A DNA stretch of 63,916 bases, counting the filler, from Reticulomyxa filosa (lineage: Eukaryota > Protista > Foraminifera), in assembly GCA_000512085.1 (NCBI GenBank). It is 20 parts of 20 records of this genome, joined end to end, with 100 filler letters (N's around TTAATTAATTAA, not from the genome) between each part and the next. Parts side by side here need not be neighbours in the genome. Positions count along the whole stretch, not along the records: positions 62,418 to 63,916 come from ASPP01004559.1; 19 more parts are not named here. One strand, given 5' to 3'. Shown piece after piece: positions 63,192-63,916 of this stretch. Position numbers and translations under genes: made by a program. The notes under the pieces are model-generated. The model was not told where the DNA came from. It worked only from the letters and a program-made list of their open reading frames with translations, and did not search any database. Positions within the stretch are counted from its first letter, which is position 1. Each line of letters begins with the position of its first letter.

Positions 63192-63916
63192 GACTGACTT
63201 GTGAAAAACAAGTGAGGAAATACACAAAAACTAAACAAATGATAATAATAATAAAAAAAAAAACTATGTGACGGTTATGTTGATGTGTTGATGTGTTGAA
63301 GTCTTTTGAGGTCAAGGGCAAATTATGCTTGATACTTCCATATGATCCCTTATTTTCATCCAAGGTGGAGTACTTTCTGAAGACATTGAATAATCCCTTA
63401 GAACTTTTTTTGATGAGAGCATTTTTTTTTTTTATTGCTTTTCAGTGCGTCTCCTTGGACTGCAAACTGTTGAAAATTACATGCAACATTTTGAATCCGA
63501 CTATTTTTTATACGTTGCAATCGCTCCATCAATTTAATCGTTCGAGAAAGTTATAACACATTCTCCAAAAAAAATTTATGAGTTTATATCGGGACCAATA
63601 AAAGGAGACACTAGTTTTAATCAAGTTTTCACATAATCGCAAAGCTAAAGCAAAGCTAAAAAGTAATACTTATAGAACAAAAGAAATCTCTCACTAGCAA
63701 TTTGAATTTGCAATAAATCTAATAATTATTCATATAAGCAAAAAAGCAATTCAAAAGAGAAAAGAAAATGATTAATAAAATGGATTTAAGATAATTAAGT
63801 ATTAAAGAAAATTTTTCTAAATATATAAAAAAACCCTTTTTTTTCTTCTTTTTTCTGTTGAATTGTTGATGCTAATAGTCTTTTGATATAATATACTTTA
63901 ATTGCGCTTTCACTTG

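Overview
This window is not one locus. It is 20 unrelated short contigs joined by 19 identical artificial 100-bp linkers (44 N + TTAATTAATTAA + 44 N), so gene neighbourhood is only meaningful within a contig. Contig 1 (1-2801) is GC-rich and bacterial: the 3' part of an SF1 helicase-Vsr/REase-DUF3320 gene (Gao_Hhe-like anti-phage architecture) plus the start of a GntR regulator with a palindromic operator. The other 19 contigs are AT-rich, intron-containing eukaryotic DNA. The RING/TRAF, kelch, 7TM-RGS and divergent alpha-tubulin families strongly resemble the foraminiferan Reticulomyxa filosa; this is an inference from recognised motifs, not a search result. Recognisable genes: ODA-DC2/CCDC114, a tandem-SAM protein, ERI1-like exonuclease, ARMC1-like protein, Ras-like GTPase, QCR7, DcpS, DHODH, three 7TM-RGS pieces, alpha-tubulin, a KA1 kinase, glucosidase II alpha, a kelch protein, a Furry-like protein and RAD6. 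There are also two dead Tc1/mariner transposases and several pseudogenes. Best leads: (1) an alpha-tubulin with the catalytic GAP residue E254 replaced by Gly; (2) a Crinkler/RHS-type P-loop NTPase + PD-(D/E)xK nuclease gene; (3) an unannotated ~280-nt hairpin-rich candidate ncRNA at 24.0-24.3 kb; (4) a foldback element with ~200-bp inverted repeats; (5) a duplicated locus whose non-coding part is identical while its exon has diverged. Many frameshifts sit in homopolymer runs and are probably sequencing errors.
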